56,833 bases of DNA, taken from NCBI GenBank assembly GCA_947474815.1, contig CANJJU010000001.1:1-56833 (forward strand), in the 5' to 3' direction. The notes beneath the pieces were generated by a model. It was not told where the DNA came from. It saw only the letters and a list, made by a program, of their open reading frames with translations, and made no database searches. Made by a program: the position numbers and the translations under genes. Numbering within the stretch: the first letter of the stretch is position 1; each line of letters begins with the position of its first letter. Shown here piece after piece: positions 27,113 through 37,209 of the stretch. Source of the DNA: Chitinophagaceae bacterium. GTDB taxonomy: Bacteria; Bacteroidota; Bacteroidia; Chitinophagales; Chitinophagaceae.

Positions 27113-29944
27113 TTAATGCGCAACCAACCAATTTGCACCAGATCCTATTTCTGCATCTGTAGGAACATCATTGGGGAGCGTCAAGGCGTGTTGCATGCAA
27201 TTTAATATAACTGGTTTTACTATTTCCAGCTCTTCTTTTAATACATCAAATACCAATTCATCGTGCACTTGCAATAACATTGTTGATTTAAATTTTCTTT
27301 TTTTAAATTCATCTTGAATTTTAATCATAGCAATTTTAATCATGTCCGCAGCCGTACCTTGTATAGGAGAATTGATAGCGTTTCTTTCAGCAAAACTTCG
27401 TAGGGTAAAGTTTGCAGAGCCAATGTCTTTGAGCCATCGCTTTCTTCCCATGAGCGTTTCTACGTATCCATTTGTTTTGGCAAATTGAATTGTTTTGTCC
27501 ATATATTCTTGAATACTAGGAAATTCTTTTTTGTAGTTGTCTATAATCTCTTTGGCTTCTGTTCTTGAAATTCCAAGATTTTCTGCTAAGCCAAAAGCCC
27601 CTTGCCCATAAATAATACCAAAGTTTACGCTTTTGGCTTTGTACCTCATTTCTTTTGTGACTTCTGATTCTGCTACATTAAACACTTTAGCAGCAGTAGC
27701 CGTATGAATATCCTTCCCTGTTTTAAACGCTTCGCACATATTTTGATCTCCGCTGATGGCTGCCACTATCCTTAATTCAATTTGTGAGTAATCCGCAGAC
27801 ACCAGCACATAGTTTTCATTCCTTGGAATAAACGCTTTTCGTATTTCTCTTCCCCTATCTGTTCTAATAGGTATGTTTTGTAAATTGGGATTATTACTAC
27901 TAAGTCTACCCGTTACTGCAATGGCCTGAGCATAACTTGTATGCACTCTATTTGTTTTTGGATTGATCAAAGCGGGCAATGCATCCACGTAAGTTGACTT
28001 AAGCTTAGTCAGTTCTCTAAAAACCAATATATCATTACAGATTTTATGTTGCGTAGCAAGCTTCACCAACACCTCTTCCCCTGTAGCATATTGGCCAGTT
28101 TTGGTTTTCTTTGCTTTGGGATCTAATTTTAATTTGTCAAACAACACTTCTCCTAATTGTTTGGGGGAAGCCAAATTAAACCGAACGCCTGCTTGAGTAT
28201 AAACCAATTCTTCCGCTTGTTTGGCATCAATATCTAATTCTTTTGAATACGAATGTAAGAAGTTGATATCGACATTGATTCCTTCGTATTCCATGTCGGT
28301 TAAAACCTTCGCTAAGGGATTTTCAATTTCATAAAATACCTTTTCAACATGGTTTGTTTTTAATTGCGGCAAAAAAACATTTTTTAATTGCAGGGTGATG
28401 TCGGCATCTTCTCCGGCATATTCTTTGATTTTCTCCAACTCAACATCTCTCATCGTACCCTGATTTTTTCCTTTCTTTCCAATCAACTCTTCAATGTGCA
28501 CAGGTTCATATCCAAGGTATTTGGCACTAAGCATATCCATGCTCCTTTTCCCTTCAGGCTCAATAACATAATGGGCAAGCATGGTGTCAAATATTTTTCC
28601 TGCCAATTCAATGCCATACCATTTCAATACCAACATGTCATATTTTAAATTCTGTCCTATCCAAACTTTATTGACATCATTAAACAAGGGAATAAATTTT
28701 TCAAGCAATTGAATACAATCTTTTTTTTCAGCGGGGCAAGGTAAATAGTAGGCTTCCCCTGCTTTGTATGAAAAACTCATTCCAACTAATTCGGCAAGAT
28801 TGGCATCAATATTGGTTGTTTCGGTATCAAAACAAATTTCTTTTTCTGTACTCAGTTTTTTTAATAGCGCTTTGATATCAGACTCGCTGTTTACAAGATG
28901 ATATTCGTGGGGTGTATTGTGAATGTTTTTATCAACGATTATTGCTGCTTGATCCGAATCTTTTTCTTCTCTTTCAACTACAGATGTAATGGGCGTATCA
29001 ACATTGTTGCCAAATAAATCCATTTGCCCAACAGGGGCAGGCTTGGGGCTGTTATTGGTTGCGCCAGGAATGTCTTCTCCAAGAATTCTTTTCCCTATTG
29101 TTTTAAATTCGAGCTCAGCAAAAATCTGTGTCAGTGCTTCCTTATTGAATTCTTTTAATTCAAAATCGCCTGCATGAAAACTAACCGGCACATTGAGAAT
29201 AATCGTTGCCAACTTTTTGCTCATGATCGCCATCTCTTTTCCATTGCGCACTTTTTCTCCTAGTGCTCCCTTTATTTTATCAGCATTATTAAGTGTGTTT
29301 TCAATGCTTCCATATTCCTTTAATAATTTGGCCGCCGTTTTTTCACCTACTCCAGGAATACCAGGAATGTTATCTACGGCATCTCCCATTAATCCAAGAA
29401 TTTCAATTACCTGAGATACATTTTCTATATCCCATTTTTTACATACTTCTGCAGGACCTAATATTTCTACCAGCCCTCCTTGATAAGGAGGTTTGTATAT
29501 TTTAATATTCTCAGACACCAGCTGACCATAATCTTTATCCGGAGTAACCATGTAAACTTCAAACCCTTCTTTCTCTGCTTGCTTAGCCAATGTTCCAATA
29601 ATATCATCTGCTTCATATCCGTCAAGTTCAATTACCGGAATATTAAACCCTTTTATAATTTCCTTAATATCAGGGATAGCAGACAATATATCTTCAGGAG
29701 TTTCTTGTCTGTTGGCTTTATATTCAACAAAATCAATATGCCTTTCTGTGGGAGCATGTGTATCAAAGCAAACCGCAATATGAGTTGGCTTTTGGTTATT
29801 AATAAGATCTACCAACGCATTGGTGAATCCAAATTGCGCATTGGTATTTCTACCACTACTGGTTATCCGTGGGCTACGGATCAATGCATAATAAGCCCTA
29901 TAAACAAGTGCCAGTGCATCTAATAAGAATAATTTTTTCTGCAT
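27113..29944 (-). CDS. polA: DNA polymerase I
   Basis: 5'-3' exonuclease (YEADDIIGTL, DNIPGIPGVGEKTA), 3'-5' exonuclease (FDTET), polymerase motifs DYSQIELR, KSVNFGIIYG and QVHDEL. Confidence 0.98.
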   Translation of the reverse strand: MQKKLFLLDALALVYRAYYALIRSPRITSSGRNTNAQFGFTNALVDLINNQKPTHIAVCFDTHAPTERHIDFVEYKANRQETPEDILSAIPDIKEIIKGFNIPVIELDGYEADDIIGTLAKQAEKEGFEVYMVTPDKDYGQLVSENIKIYKPPYQGGLVEILGPAEVCKKWDIENVSQVIEILGLMGDAVDNIPGIPGVGEKTAAKLLKEYGSIENTLNNADKIKGALGEKVRNGKEMAIMSKKLATIILNVPVSFHAGDFELKEFNKEALTQIFAELEFKTIGKRILGEDIPGATNNSPKPAPVGQMDLFGNNVDTPITSVVEREEKDSDQAAIIVDKNIHNTPHEYHLVNSESDIKALLKKLSTEKEICFDTETTNIDANLAELVGMSFSYKAGEAYYLPCPAEKKDCIQLLEKFIPLFNDVNKVWIGQNLKYDMLVLKWYGIELAGKIFDTMLAHYVIEPEGKRSMDMLSAKYLGYEPVHIEELIGKKGKNQGTMRDVELEKIKEYAGEDADITLQLKNVFLPQLKTNHVEKVFYEIENPLAKVLTDMEYEGINVDINFLHSYSKELDIDAKQAEELVYTQAGVRFNLASPKQLGEVLFDKLKLDPKAKKTKTGQYATGEEVLVKLATQHKICNDILVFRELTKLKSTYVDALPALINPKTNRVHTSYAQAIAVTGRLSSNNPNLQNIPIRTDRGREIRKAFIPRNENYVLVSADYSQIELRIVAAISGDQNMCEAFKTGKDIHTATAAKVFNVAESEVTKEMRYKAKSVNFGIIYGQGAFGLAENLGISRTEAKEIIDNYKKEFPSIQEYMDKTIQFAKTNGYVETLMGRKRWLKDIGSANFTLRSFAERNAINSPIQGTAADMIKIAMIKIQDEFKKRKFKSTMLLQVHDELVFDVLKEELEIVKPVILNCMQHALTLPNDVPTDAEIGSGANWLVAH

Positions 29945-30155
29945 GGCATAAAAGTAAAACAATTTGCCATTAAAGAATGCAAATCCTTTTGAGTATGCGT
30001 TTCTACTGATAGAAAGAGGTATGGGACAGTAAACAAAGGTTGAAATTCATCACTTCAGAGTATTATTTTATCTTAAAAAAACAGCATATTAACAATTGAT
30101 AGTATGATGATATACAACTTAAATCATATTTTCGCCATAAATAAAACATGTTGAT

Positions 30156-30851
30156 ATGTCACAATTATTAAAATTATTCTGCGGATCCCTTGTCTTAAGT
30201 GTTGTAATGACCGCCTGTGTAAAAGAAAATAGTTTTGAAAATGGATTTGCGCCCAATCCGAATGGGAGCAATTTTACTGGATGTAAATCTTGTCATTATC
30301 AACCTTGGTGTACAGGATCTACCTATAGTTATATTGATTCGGCTTCAAGTGGAATATCTGCTACAACAGCCAATCTTTCGATAATAGCAGATACCACTAT
30401 TGGAGCTGCCGATTATTCAAAAACCACGTTTGCAGGAAATCTATATTATCATAATTGTACAAATGACGTTACAACAATCATCATGTACAATGTACCTGGT
30501 GCAGGAGGGTCTACCATCGGTAGAATTAAAAATACGATACTGAGAGCTAACTCAAATGTAGGCGCTACTTGGTCGGATGTAAATGACGGAGGTAATGGCG
30601 TTGTAACTACTTCTAATTATGAAATTATTTCAATGGGAACATTGAGAACTGTACTTGGAGTTGTGTACTCTGATGTAATTCAAGTGCATCAAACAATCAG
30701 CGCAACTGTTCCTGGAATTGGTACTGCAAGTATTTCAACAGGAGATTTTTATTATGCAAAGGGAATTGGATTAATCGAAAGCTTTACTAAAGATCCTAAT
30801 TCGGGATTCACTATTCTTCATAGAAAATTGGAAACTTATTTAATACCGTAA
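30156..30851 (+). CDS. Hypothetical lipoprotein, probably surface-exposed
   Basis: Lipobox MTA-C21 followed by VKENSFE; beta-rich Thr/Ser/Gly body ending YYAKGIGLIE. Confidence 0.75.
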   Translation: MSQLLKLFCGSLVLSVVMTACVKENSFENGFAPNPNGSNFTGCKSCHYQPWCTGSTYSYIDSASSGISATTANLSIIADTTIGAADYSKTTFAGNLYYHNCTNDVTTIIMYNVPGAGGSTIGRIKNTILRANSNVGATWSDVNDGGNGVVTTSNYEIISMGTLRTVLGVVYSDVIQVHQTISATVPGIGTASISTGDFYYAKGIGLIESFTKDPNSGFTILHRKLETYLIP

Positions 30852-30873
30852 GTTAAATAAAGAATGTATTTAC

Positions 30874-30902
30874 AAAAAGGGGTCAATGTTGATCCCTTTT
30901 TT
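30874..30902. terminator. Bidirectional intrinsic terminator
   Basis: AAAAAGGGGTCAA-TG-TTGATCCCTTTTTT between convergent genes. Confidence 0.8.
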
Positions 30903-30911
30903 ATTTTGACA

Positions 30912-32951
30912 TTACTTTTTCATTTCTTCCAACTTATTTTTCAAGCCAAACATAGCATCCCTTATTCTTGCCGCCTCCATGAAATCTAGATCTTTTGCGG
31001 CCTTATCCATTTCTTTCTTTGCTTTACCAATGGCTTTTTCTATTTGCGGAATGGTAGTATACTCAATGGGGTCTTCGGCAGCCATTAAAGTCGACTGAGA
31101 ATCTTGTTGTAATGCATAAGGATTCGCAGGATCATAGCCCTTTACATCAAGCACACTTCCTTGGGCAATGACCTGTTCGGTAGTCTTTTTTATAGTGGTG
31201 GGTGTTATTCCATTGGCAATATTATAGGCCAATTGTTTTTCTCTTCTGCGAGTTGTTTCATCAATCGTTTTTTGCATACTATTCGTTATTTTATCAGCAT
31301 AAAAAATAACGAGTCCGTTAACGTTCCGTGCAGCTCTGCCCGCTGTTTGAGTGAGGCTTCTTTCATTCCTTAAAAACCCTTCTTTGTCTGCATCCATTAT
31401 AGCAACCAAAGACACTTCAGGTAAATCGAGTCCTTCTCTCAATAAATTAACCCCCACTAAAACATCAATTACGCCTAATCGTAATTCTCTTAAAATCTCT
31501 ACCCTTTCGAGTGTGTCTACATCGCTATGGATGTATTTTGATTTAATATTTATTCGAGTAAAATAATTATTCAATTCTTCTGCCATTCGCTTAGTAAGCG
31601 TTGTTACGAGCACCCTGTCGCCCATAGAAATTCGTTGATCAATTTCATATAACAAATCATCTATTTGATTGAGCGAAGGCCTCACTTCAATAGGCGGATC
31701 TAATAATCCTGTCGGACGAACCACTTGCTCTATGACTACTCCACCACATTTTTGTAATTCATATTCTCCTGGTGTAGCAGAAACAAATACAGTTTGATTG
31801 ACTAGGTTTTCGAATTCATTAAAATTCTGCGGACGATTATCCATCGCAGATGGAAGTCTAAATCCATAATCCACCAATACCAATTTTCTGCTTCTGTCTC
31901 CCCCATACATTCCACTAATTTGTGGAATTGTTTGATGACTTTCGTCAATAATTGTTAGATAATCTTTGGGGAAATAATCCAATAAACAAAAGGGTCTAGC
32001 GCCAGGTTTTCTGCGATCAAAAAAACGAGAATAGTTTTCAATTCCAGTACAGTATCCTAGCTCCCTAATCATTTCCAAATCGTAGTTAACTCGTTCGTTG
32101 ATGCGTTGTGCTTCAATAAATTTTCCAGAATTTTTAAAGTATTCTACTTGTGCAGCGCACTCATCTTGTATTTCATTGATCACTTCCGCCATCATATCTT
32201 TTGGAGCAAGATAAAGATTGGCAGGAAAAATTGCCGCGTTTTCAACACTGCTGATTCTTTTTCCAGAAGTCAATTCTAATGTTTCAATACTTTCAATTTG
32301 ATCACCAAAAAAACAAATTCGATAGCCAAAATCAACATAAGGCAAATTGATATCAATGGTATCACCTTTCACTCTAAATGTTCCTCTGCTAAAATCCCCC
32401 TGACTTCGATGATACAATGAATTGATTAATGCATGTAAAAATCCTTGTCTTGAAATAATTTGACCCTGTTTAATTCTAATGATACCATTTTCATATTCCG
32501 TTGGATTTCCCATACCATAAATACAACTCACACTTGCAACCACAATAATATCCCGTCTTCCACTTAGCAATTGCGCTGTGGCTTGTAACCGTAATTTATC
32601 CAACTCTTCATTGATGCTTAAATCCTTTTCAATATAAGTATTGGATACAGGCATATATGCCTCGGGTTGATAATAATCATAATATGAAACAAAATATCCT
32701 ACTGCATTTTCAGGAAAAAACTGTTTAAACTCTCCGTATAATTGAGCAACCAATGTTTTATTGTGCGTAATTACCAATGTTGGCCGTTGGAGATTTTGAA
32801 TCACATTGGCCATGGTAAAAGTTTTACCACTGCCTGTTACTCCAATTAATGTCTGATATTTCTCCTCATTAAGGATTCCCTGCGTAAGCTCTTTAATCGC
32901 TTCTGGCTGATCGCCAGAGGGAGAATACTCAGAAAAAAGCTTAAATGACAT
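30912..32951 (-). CDS. uvrB: Excinuclease ABC subunit B
   Basis: GVTGSGKT, FVSYYDYYQPEAY, DESH, QTAGRAARN and C-terminal UVR motif. Confidence 0.98.
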   Translation of the reverse strand: MSFKLFSEYSPSGDQPEAIKELTQGILNEEKYQTLIGVTGSGKTFTMANVIQNLQRPTLVITHNKTLVAQLYGEFKQFFPENAVGYFVSYYDYYQPEAYMPVSNTYIEKDLSINEELDKLRLQATAQLLSGRRDIIVVASVSCIYGMGNPTEYENGIIRIKQGQIISRQGFLHALINSLYHRSQGDFSRGTFRVKGDTIDINLPYVDFGYRICFFGDQIESIETLELTSGKRISSVENAAIFPANLYLAPKDMMAEVINEIQDECAAQVEYFKNSGKFIEAQRINERVNYDLEMIRELGYCTGIENYSRFFDRRKPGARPFCLLDYFPKDYLTIIDESHQTIPQISGMYGGDRSRKLVLVDYGFRLPSAMDNRPQNFNEFENLVNQTVFVSATPGEYELQKCGGVVIEQVVRPTGLLDPPIEVRPSLNQIDDLLYEIDQRISMGDRVLVTTLTKRMAEELNNYFTRINIKSKYIHSDVDTLERVEILRELRLGVIDVLVGVNLLREGLDLPEVSLVAIMDADKEGFLRNERSLTQTAGRAARNVNGLVIFYADKITNSMQKTIDETTRRREKQLAYNIANGITPTTIKKTTEQVIAQGSVLDVKGYDPANPYALQQDSQSTLMAAEDPIEYTTIPQIEKAIGKAKKEMDKAAKDLDFMEAARIRDAMFGLKNKLEEMKK

Positions 32952-33090
32952 GTTGATTTTGTTAGTGTTACATTAAAATTACAAAGAATATAGTACGGAT
33001 GGAAAGGTTTCGATGTTTTAAGATTTTGTTAAGCATACAGGCTAGATGAAGTTTATTGTGTTTTATCCTTGCCGAGCCGCTGAAAATCAC

Positions 33091-33098
33091 TACCTTTG
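33091..33098 (+). promoter_or_regulatory. -7 promoter element (TACCTTTG) for typA
   Basis: Exact TAnnTTTG match 20 nt upstream of ATG 33119. Confidence 0.75.
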
Positions 33099-33118
33099 CG
33101 CCTCGAAAAACAATAAAA

Positions 33119-34927
33119 ATGAATATTCGCAACATCGCTATTATCGCTCACGTAGATCATGGCAAAACAACCTTGGTTGATAAGATTTTACACGCAACCA
33201 AAGTTTTCAGAGATAATCAGGAAACTGGAGAGCTTATTATGGATAGTAATGACCTAGAAAGAGAACGAGGCATTACCATTTTTAGTAAAAACGTTTCCGT
33301 TACTTATAAAGATGTAAAAATAAATGTAATTGATACTCCTGGTCACTCGGATTTTGGTGGTGAAGTAGAAAGGGTATTGAAAATGGCAGATGGTGTTCTA
33401 TTATTAGTAGATGCTTTTGAAGGGCCCATGCCTCAAACGCGCTTTGTGTTACAAAAAGCATTGGCACTTGGATTGCGCCCAATTGTTGTAATCAATAAAG
33501 TAGATAAACCAAATTGCCGTCCTGATGAAGTACACGACGCAGTGTTTGAGTTGTTTTTCAACTTAGATGCAACTGAAGAGCAACTTGATTTCCCTACAAT
33601 TTATGGTAGTAGCAAAAATGGGTGGATGAATACTTCATTAACCGAAACAACCAACATCCTTCCTTTGTTGGATGCGATTTTAGAATTTGTTCCAGAGCCT
33701 AAAGTCAATCAAGGTTTTTCTCAAATGCAAATCACTTCTCTTGACTATTCTTCTTTCTTAGGCAGAATCGCTGTAGGTAAGGTAGCGCGTGGTAGCATAA
33801 AGGAAAACCAACAAATTGCTTTAATGCAAGCTGATGGCTCTATCAAGAAAATGAAAATAAAAGAATTGTACGTTTTTGAAGGGATGGGTAAAAAGAAAGC
33901 GGAAGAAGTTTTTGCGGGTGATATTTGTGCCGTGGTAGGATTGGATGAATTTAACATTGGAGATACCATTGCAGACATAGAAAATCCAGAAGCATTACCC
34001 GTTATTAGTGTAGATGAGCCTACCATGAGTATGTTGTTTGGTATCAACAACTCCCCTTTCTTTGGAAAAGAAGGAAAATTTGTTACCAGTAGACATCTTC
34101 GTGATAGATTAATGAAAGAAACTGAAAAAAATCTTGCTTTGAAAGTTGAAGACAGTGATAGTGCTGATAGCTTTCTTGTATACGGAAGAGGTATTCTTCA
34201 CTTAGGTATTTTAATTGAAACGATGAGAAGAGAAGGATTTGAGCTTACTGTTGGACAGCCTCAAGTTATTGTTAAGCAAATTGGTGGAGTAAAAAGCGAG
34301 CCTTATGAAATTTTAGTGGTAGACGTTCCTTCTGAATTCAGCGGTAAAGTAATCGATCTAGTTACACAACGTAAAGGAGAAATGTTGGTAATGGAAACAA
34401 AAGGCGAAATGCAACACCTTGAATTTGATATTCCATCAAGAGGACTAATCGGATTGAGAAGCAATATGCTTACCAACACTGCCGGTGAAGCCGTTATGGC
34501 GCATCGCTTTAGCGAATACAAAGCTTGGAAAGGGCCTATTCCTGGAAGAAACAATGGAGTATTGCTTTCGAAATCAACTGAAAGAACAACCGGATATTCT
34601 ATAGACAAGCTTCAGGAAAGAGGAAGGTTCTTCGTAGATCCAGGAGAAGATGTGTACGCAGGTCAAATTATTGCTGAACACATTAAGCCAGGAGATTTGG
34701 TAGTAAATGCAACTGAGCCTAAAAAGTTAACCAATCACCGTGCTAGTGGATCTGATGACGCATCAAAAGCTGCTCCTAAAATACAAATGTCTTTGGAAGA
34801 GTGTATGGAGTATATCCAACAAGACGAATGTATTGAAGTAACACCTAAAAGTGTTCGCCTCAGAAAAACCATTCTGAATGAAGACGACAGAAAACGCGTT
34901 AGCAAATCAATGGGGCAAGAAGCCTAA
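33119..34927 (+). CDS. typA: Translational GTPase TypA/BipA
   Basis: IRNIAIIAHVDHGKTT, ERGITI, DTPGHSDFGGEVER and GRGILHL motifs; true start MNIRN at 33119. Confidence 0.98.
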   Translation: MNIRNIAIIAHVDHGKTTLVDKILHATKVFRDNQETGELIMDSNDLERERGITIFSKNVSVTYKDVKINVIDTPGHSDFGGEVERVLKMADGVLLLVDAFEGPMPQTRFVLQKALALGLRPIVVINKVDKPNCRPDEVHDAVFELFFNLDATEEQLDFPTIYGSSKNGWMNTSLTETTNILPLLDAILEFVPEPKVNQGFSQMQITSLDYSSFLGRIAVGKVARGSIKENQQIALMQADGSIKKMKIKELYVFEGMGKKKAEEVFAGDICAVVGLDEFNIGDTIADIENPEALPVISVDEPTMSMLFGINNSPFFGKEGKFVTSRHLRDRLMKETEKNLALKVEDSDSADSFLVYGRGILHLGILIETMRREGFELTVGQPQVIVKQIGGVKSEPYEILVVDVPSEFSGKVIDLVTQRKGEMLVMETKGEMQHLEFDIPSRGLIGLRSNMLTNTAGEAVMAHRFSEYKAWKGPIPGRNNGVLLSKSTERTTGYSIDKLQERGRFFVDPGEDVYAGQIIAEHIKPGDLVVNATEPKKLTNHRASGSDDASKAAPKIQMSLEECMEYIQQDECIEVTPKSVRLRKTILNEDDRKRVSKSMGQEA

Positions 34928-34938
34928 TTAAATATTTT

Positions 34939-34966
34939 AAGTCCGCCAATTGTGCGGACTTTTTTT
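34939..34966 (+). terminator. Intrinsic terminator after typA
   Basis: AAGTCCGC-CAATTGT-GCGGACTT followed by a T run. Confidence 0.85.
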
Positions 34967-35007
34967 ATCCCTTTATTTAGATCTATTGTAGAATAAATTA
35001 ACTTTGA

Positions 35008-35247
35008 ATGGTGAAAACATTTTACACAACAGCATTGCTTTGTTTGATTCTTTCAATTACGCCAGTAAAATTGGATGCACAATGTTCTATGTGCACGAAA
35101 ACAGCACAACAATTGGGCGAGAAACCCGCACTTGGATTGAATAATGGAATTCTTTATTTGATGCTGGCACCATTTGCAGTGGTAGGTGTCATTGCTTATC
35201 GCTGGTGGAAAAATCAGCCTTCAGAAAGTGAGGAGACTTCTATATAA
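35008..35247 (+). CDS. Small CxxC membrane protein (signal, AQCSMC, one TM helix)
   Basis: AQCSMC...GLNNGILYLM..P pattern typical of a small Bacteroidota family; own -7 element TAACTTTG at 34999-35006. Confidence 0.75.
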   Translation: MVKTFYTTALLCLILSITPVKLDAQCSMCTKTAQQLGEKPALGLNNGILYLMLAPFAVVGVIAYRWWKNQPSESEETSI

Positions 35248-35263
35248 TTGTCGATCCTATATA

Positions 35264-36166
35264 TTAAAATTGATCTGCAAATTCATACAGATTAAAGTTT
35301 TCTTCTCCCGATATTTTAATTAATGTATCAAGAATTACTTTTTTGTCTACCCCTTTCATTCGTTTTTTCTGAATCAGCGCCCACACTTTTTCGGTAAGTA
35401 AATAATATTTTTTATCGTTAAAGTGATTATTTTGTATCGAATGCAAAATCGCATCATACAATTCATTCATTCCTTCTTTTTGAGAGGCAATTGTTTTAAT
35501 GATGGGAATTTCATTGCTATGAGAAGCAAATGCGGGAGCAAGCATTAGTCGCAGATTGTTCGCAAAAATGTCTGCTCCGGGTCTGTCTGATTTGTTTACA
35601 ACAAATATATCTGCAATTTCCATCAAGCCAGCTTTCATGGTTTGTATTTCATCTCCTGCCTCCGGAACAATAGTTACAATCGTAACATCTGCAAGTCCGG
35701 CAATTTCAATTTCACTCTGACCAACTCCTACCGTTTCAATAATGATATAATCAAACTGCGCAAATTTTAACACTTCCGTAATCTCAATTATTTTAGGATG
35801 CAATCCACCTAATGCGCCCCTTGTGGCCAAAGAACGAATATATACATTGGGGTTATTGTACCACTCACTCATTCTTATTCTATCTCCTAATAATGCACCC
35901 ATATTAAATGGAGAAGATGGATCAATACACAACACCGCTACCTTTTTATCTTGGGCTACCAATAGTTCTATTAAACAATCCGTTAAAGTGCTTTTGCCTG
36001 CACCCGGTGGACCTGTAATGCCAATAATCGGTGTTGTGGAGGGTGGTAAAGATTTTAGAAAATCCTCATACCCTGCTTGTTCATTCTCAATTAAAGAAAT
36101 ACAACGAGCAAGAGATTTTACATCCCCCGATTTCAACAACGCTATATTGTTTTGCCATTGATGCAT
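35264..36166 (-). CDS. meaB: Methylmalonyl-CoA mutase-associated GTPase MeaB
   Basis: GITGPPGAGKST, DPSSPF.GALLGDRIRM, ETVGVGQSE and KAGLMEIAD motifs. Confidence 0.95.
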   Translation of the reverse strand: MHQWQNNIALLKSGDVKSLARCISLIENEQAGYEDFLKSLPPSTTPIIGITGPPGAGKSTLTDCLIELLVAQDKKVAVLCIDPSSPFNMGALLGDRIRMSEWYNNPNVYIRSLATRGALGGLHPKIIEITEVLKFAQFDYIIIETVGVGQSEIEIAGLADVTIVTIVPEAGDEIQTMKAGLMEIADIFVVNKSDRPGADIFANNLRLMLAPAFASHSNEIPIIKTIASQKEGMNELYDAILHSIQNNHFNDKKYYLLTEKVWALIQKKRMKGVDKKVILDTLIKISGEENFNLYEFADQF

Positions 36167-36222
36167 TAGAAAATAAAATTTATCAAACGTATAGTTTTGT
36201 TATACAATAATACAATGTAATA

Positions 36223-37209
36223 TTAACTTAAATAACTTTCAATCGTATCTATTAAAAACTGAGCCCTATTTACATTTAAGTGAAATTTGAGTAGGTGTTC
36301 TTTCCCTTGTTGTTCAATTTTCCTTCTTTCTGTTTCGTGTTGTAAATAATAATCGATTTTATCCAATAAGTCATCTAAAGAATCCGAACACCAAACCAAA
36401 TGCTTCCCATCTTCAAAATTATTGGGAATCACTATTTGTGGCTTTTGACTAATCATGAACGATCCGGCAGCAGGTACTTCCCAATATCTCATAGTATCCC
36501 ATCCTCCTCCCCTAAAGTTCAGCACAATTTTACATCTAGCTATTTCTTCAAGATAAAACTTTCCCTTTCTATTATATGTTTTAAAATCCTGATTGAGCGT
36601 TGTCCCATTTTTTTCACAATCATATTGTCCTTGCAACATGGTTAACGCCTTTTCTCTGATAGCAGGCTTTTGTTGCGCCCAAAAAGAAACATCATATTTT
36701 TTTTCACTTTCTGCAATAGTTGGAATATTTACATTGTACGGAAATGAAAATGGAAAGGGATGTAAATGAGGAGTTTCCCCGTGATCATTTAAAAAATATT
36801 CCCGCTTAAAAATAATATCGAATGGACGTTTCTTAATCAAGTCCTTATATTCCTCTTCAATTCCTAATCTAAAAAAATCACCCCCTATTTCGGGTCTATC
36901 GCCCCCATCAAGAAATACAATAGGCTTACCAGAAACCTTTGGTAATATTTTTTTTAAAGTTGCCAGTGAATCTTTTTTGGCAGAAGCAAGAATAATAGCA
37001 TCAAAAGAATGGAAGTCTATTGATAAATGACAATTTAATGAAAAGTGAGTATAGCCTAAATTTTTAGGATAATTTTTAACGGGTAAATGATATTTTACAT
37101 TCCAAGGATAATCAACCACATTGTGAGACCCAAGCATTTTAACCAATCCCGAAAAGGTAAGATCTTGCAAGTAATCAGTACTAGCGCTATTGATAAATAA
37201 TAATTTCAT
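36223..37209 (-). CDS. Glycosyltransferase (CgeB / Glyco_trans_1_2-like GT-B)
   Basis: C-terminal MRYWEVPAAGSFMIS...FEDGKHLV...KIDYYLQHETERRKI pattern. Confidence 0.8.
   Translation of the reverse strand: MKLLFINSASTDYLQDLTFSGLVKMLGSHNVVDYPWNVKYHLPVKNYPKNLGYTHFSLNCHLSIDFHSFDAIILASAKKDSLATLKKILPKVSGKPIVFLDGGDRPEIGGDFFRLGIEEEYKDLIKKRPFDIIFKREYFLNDHGETPHLHPFPFSFPYNVNIPTIAESEKKYDVSFWAQQKPAIREKALTMLQGQYDCEKNGTTLNQDFKTYNRKGKFYLEEIARCKIVLNFRGGGWDTMRYWEVPAAGSFMISQKPQIVIPNNFEDGKHLVWCSDSLDDLLDKIDYYLQHETERRKIEQQGKEHLLKFHLNVNRAQFLIDTIESYLS

Noticed and set aside
32952-33118. SOS/LexA-type operator upstream of uvrB
   Set aside because: No convincing palindrome found by eye.
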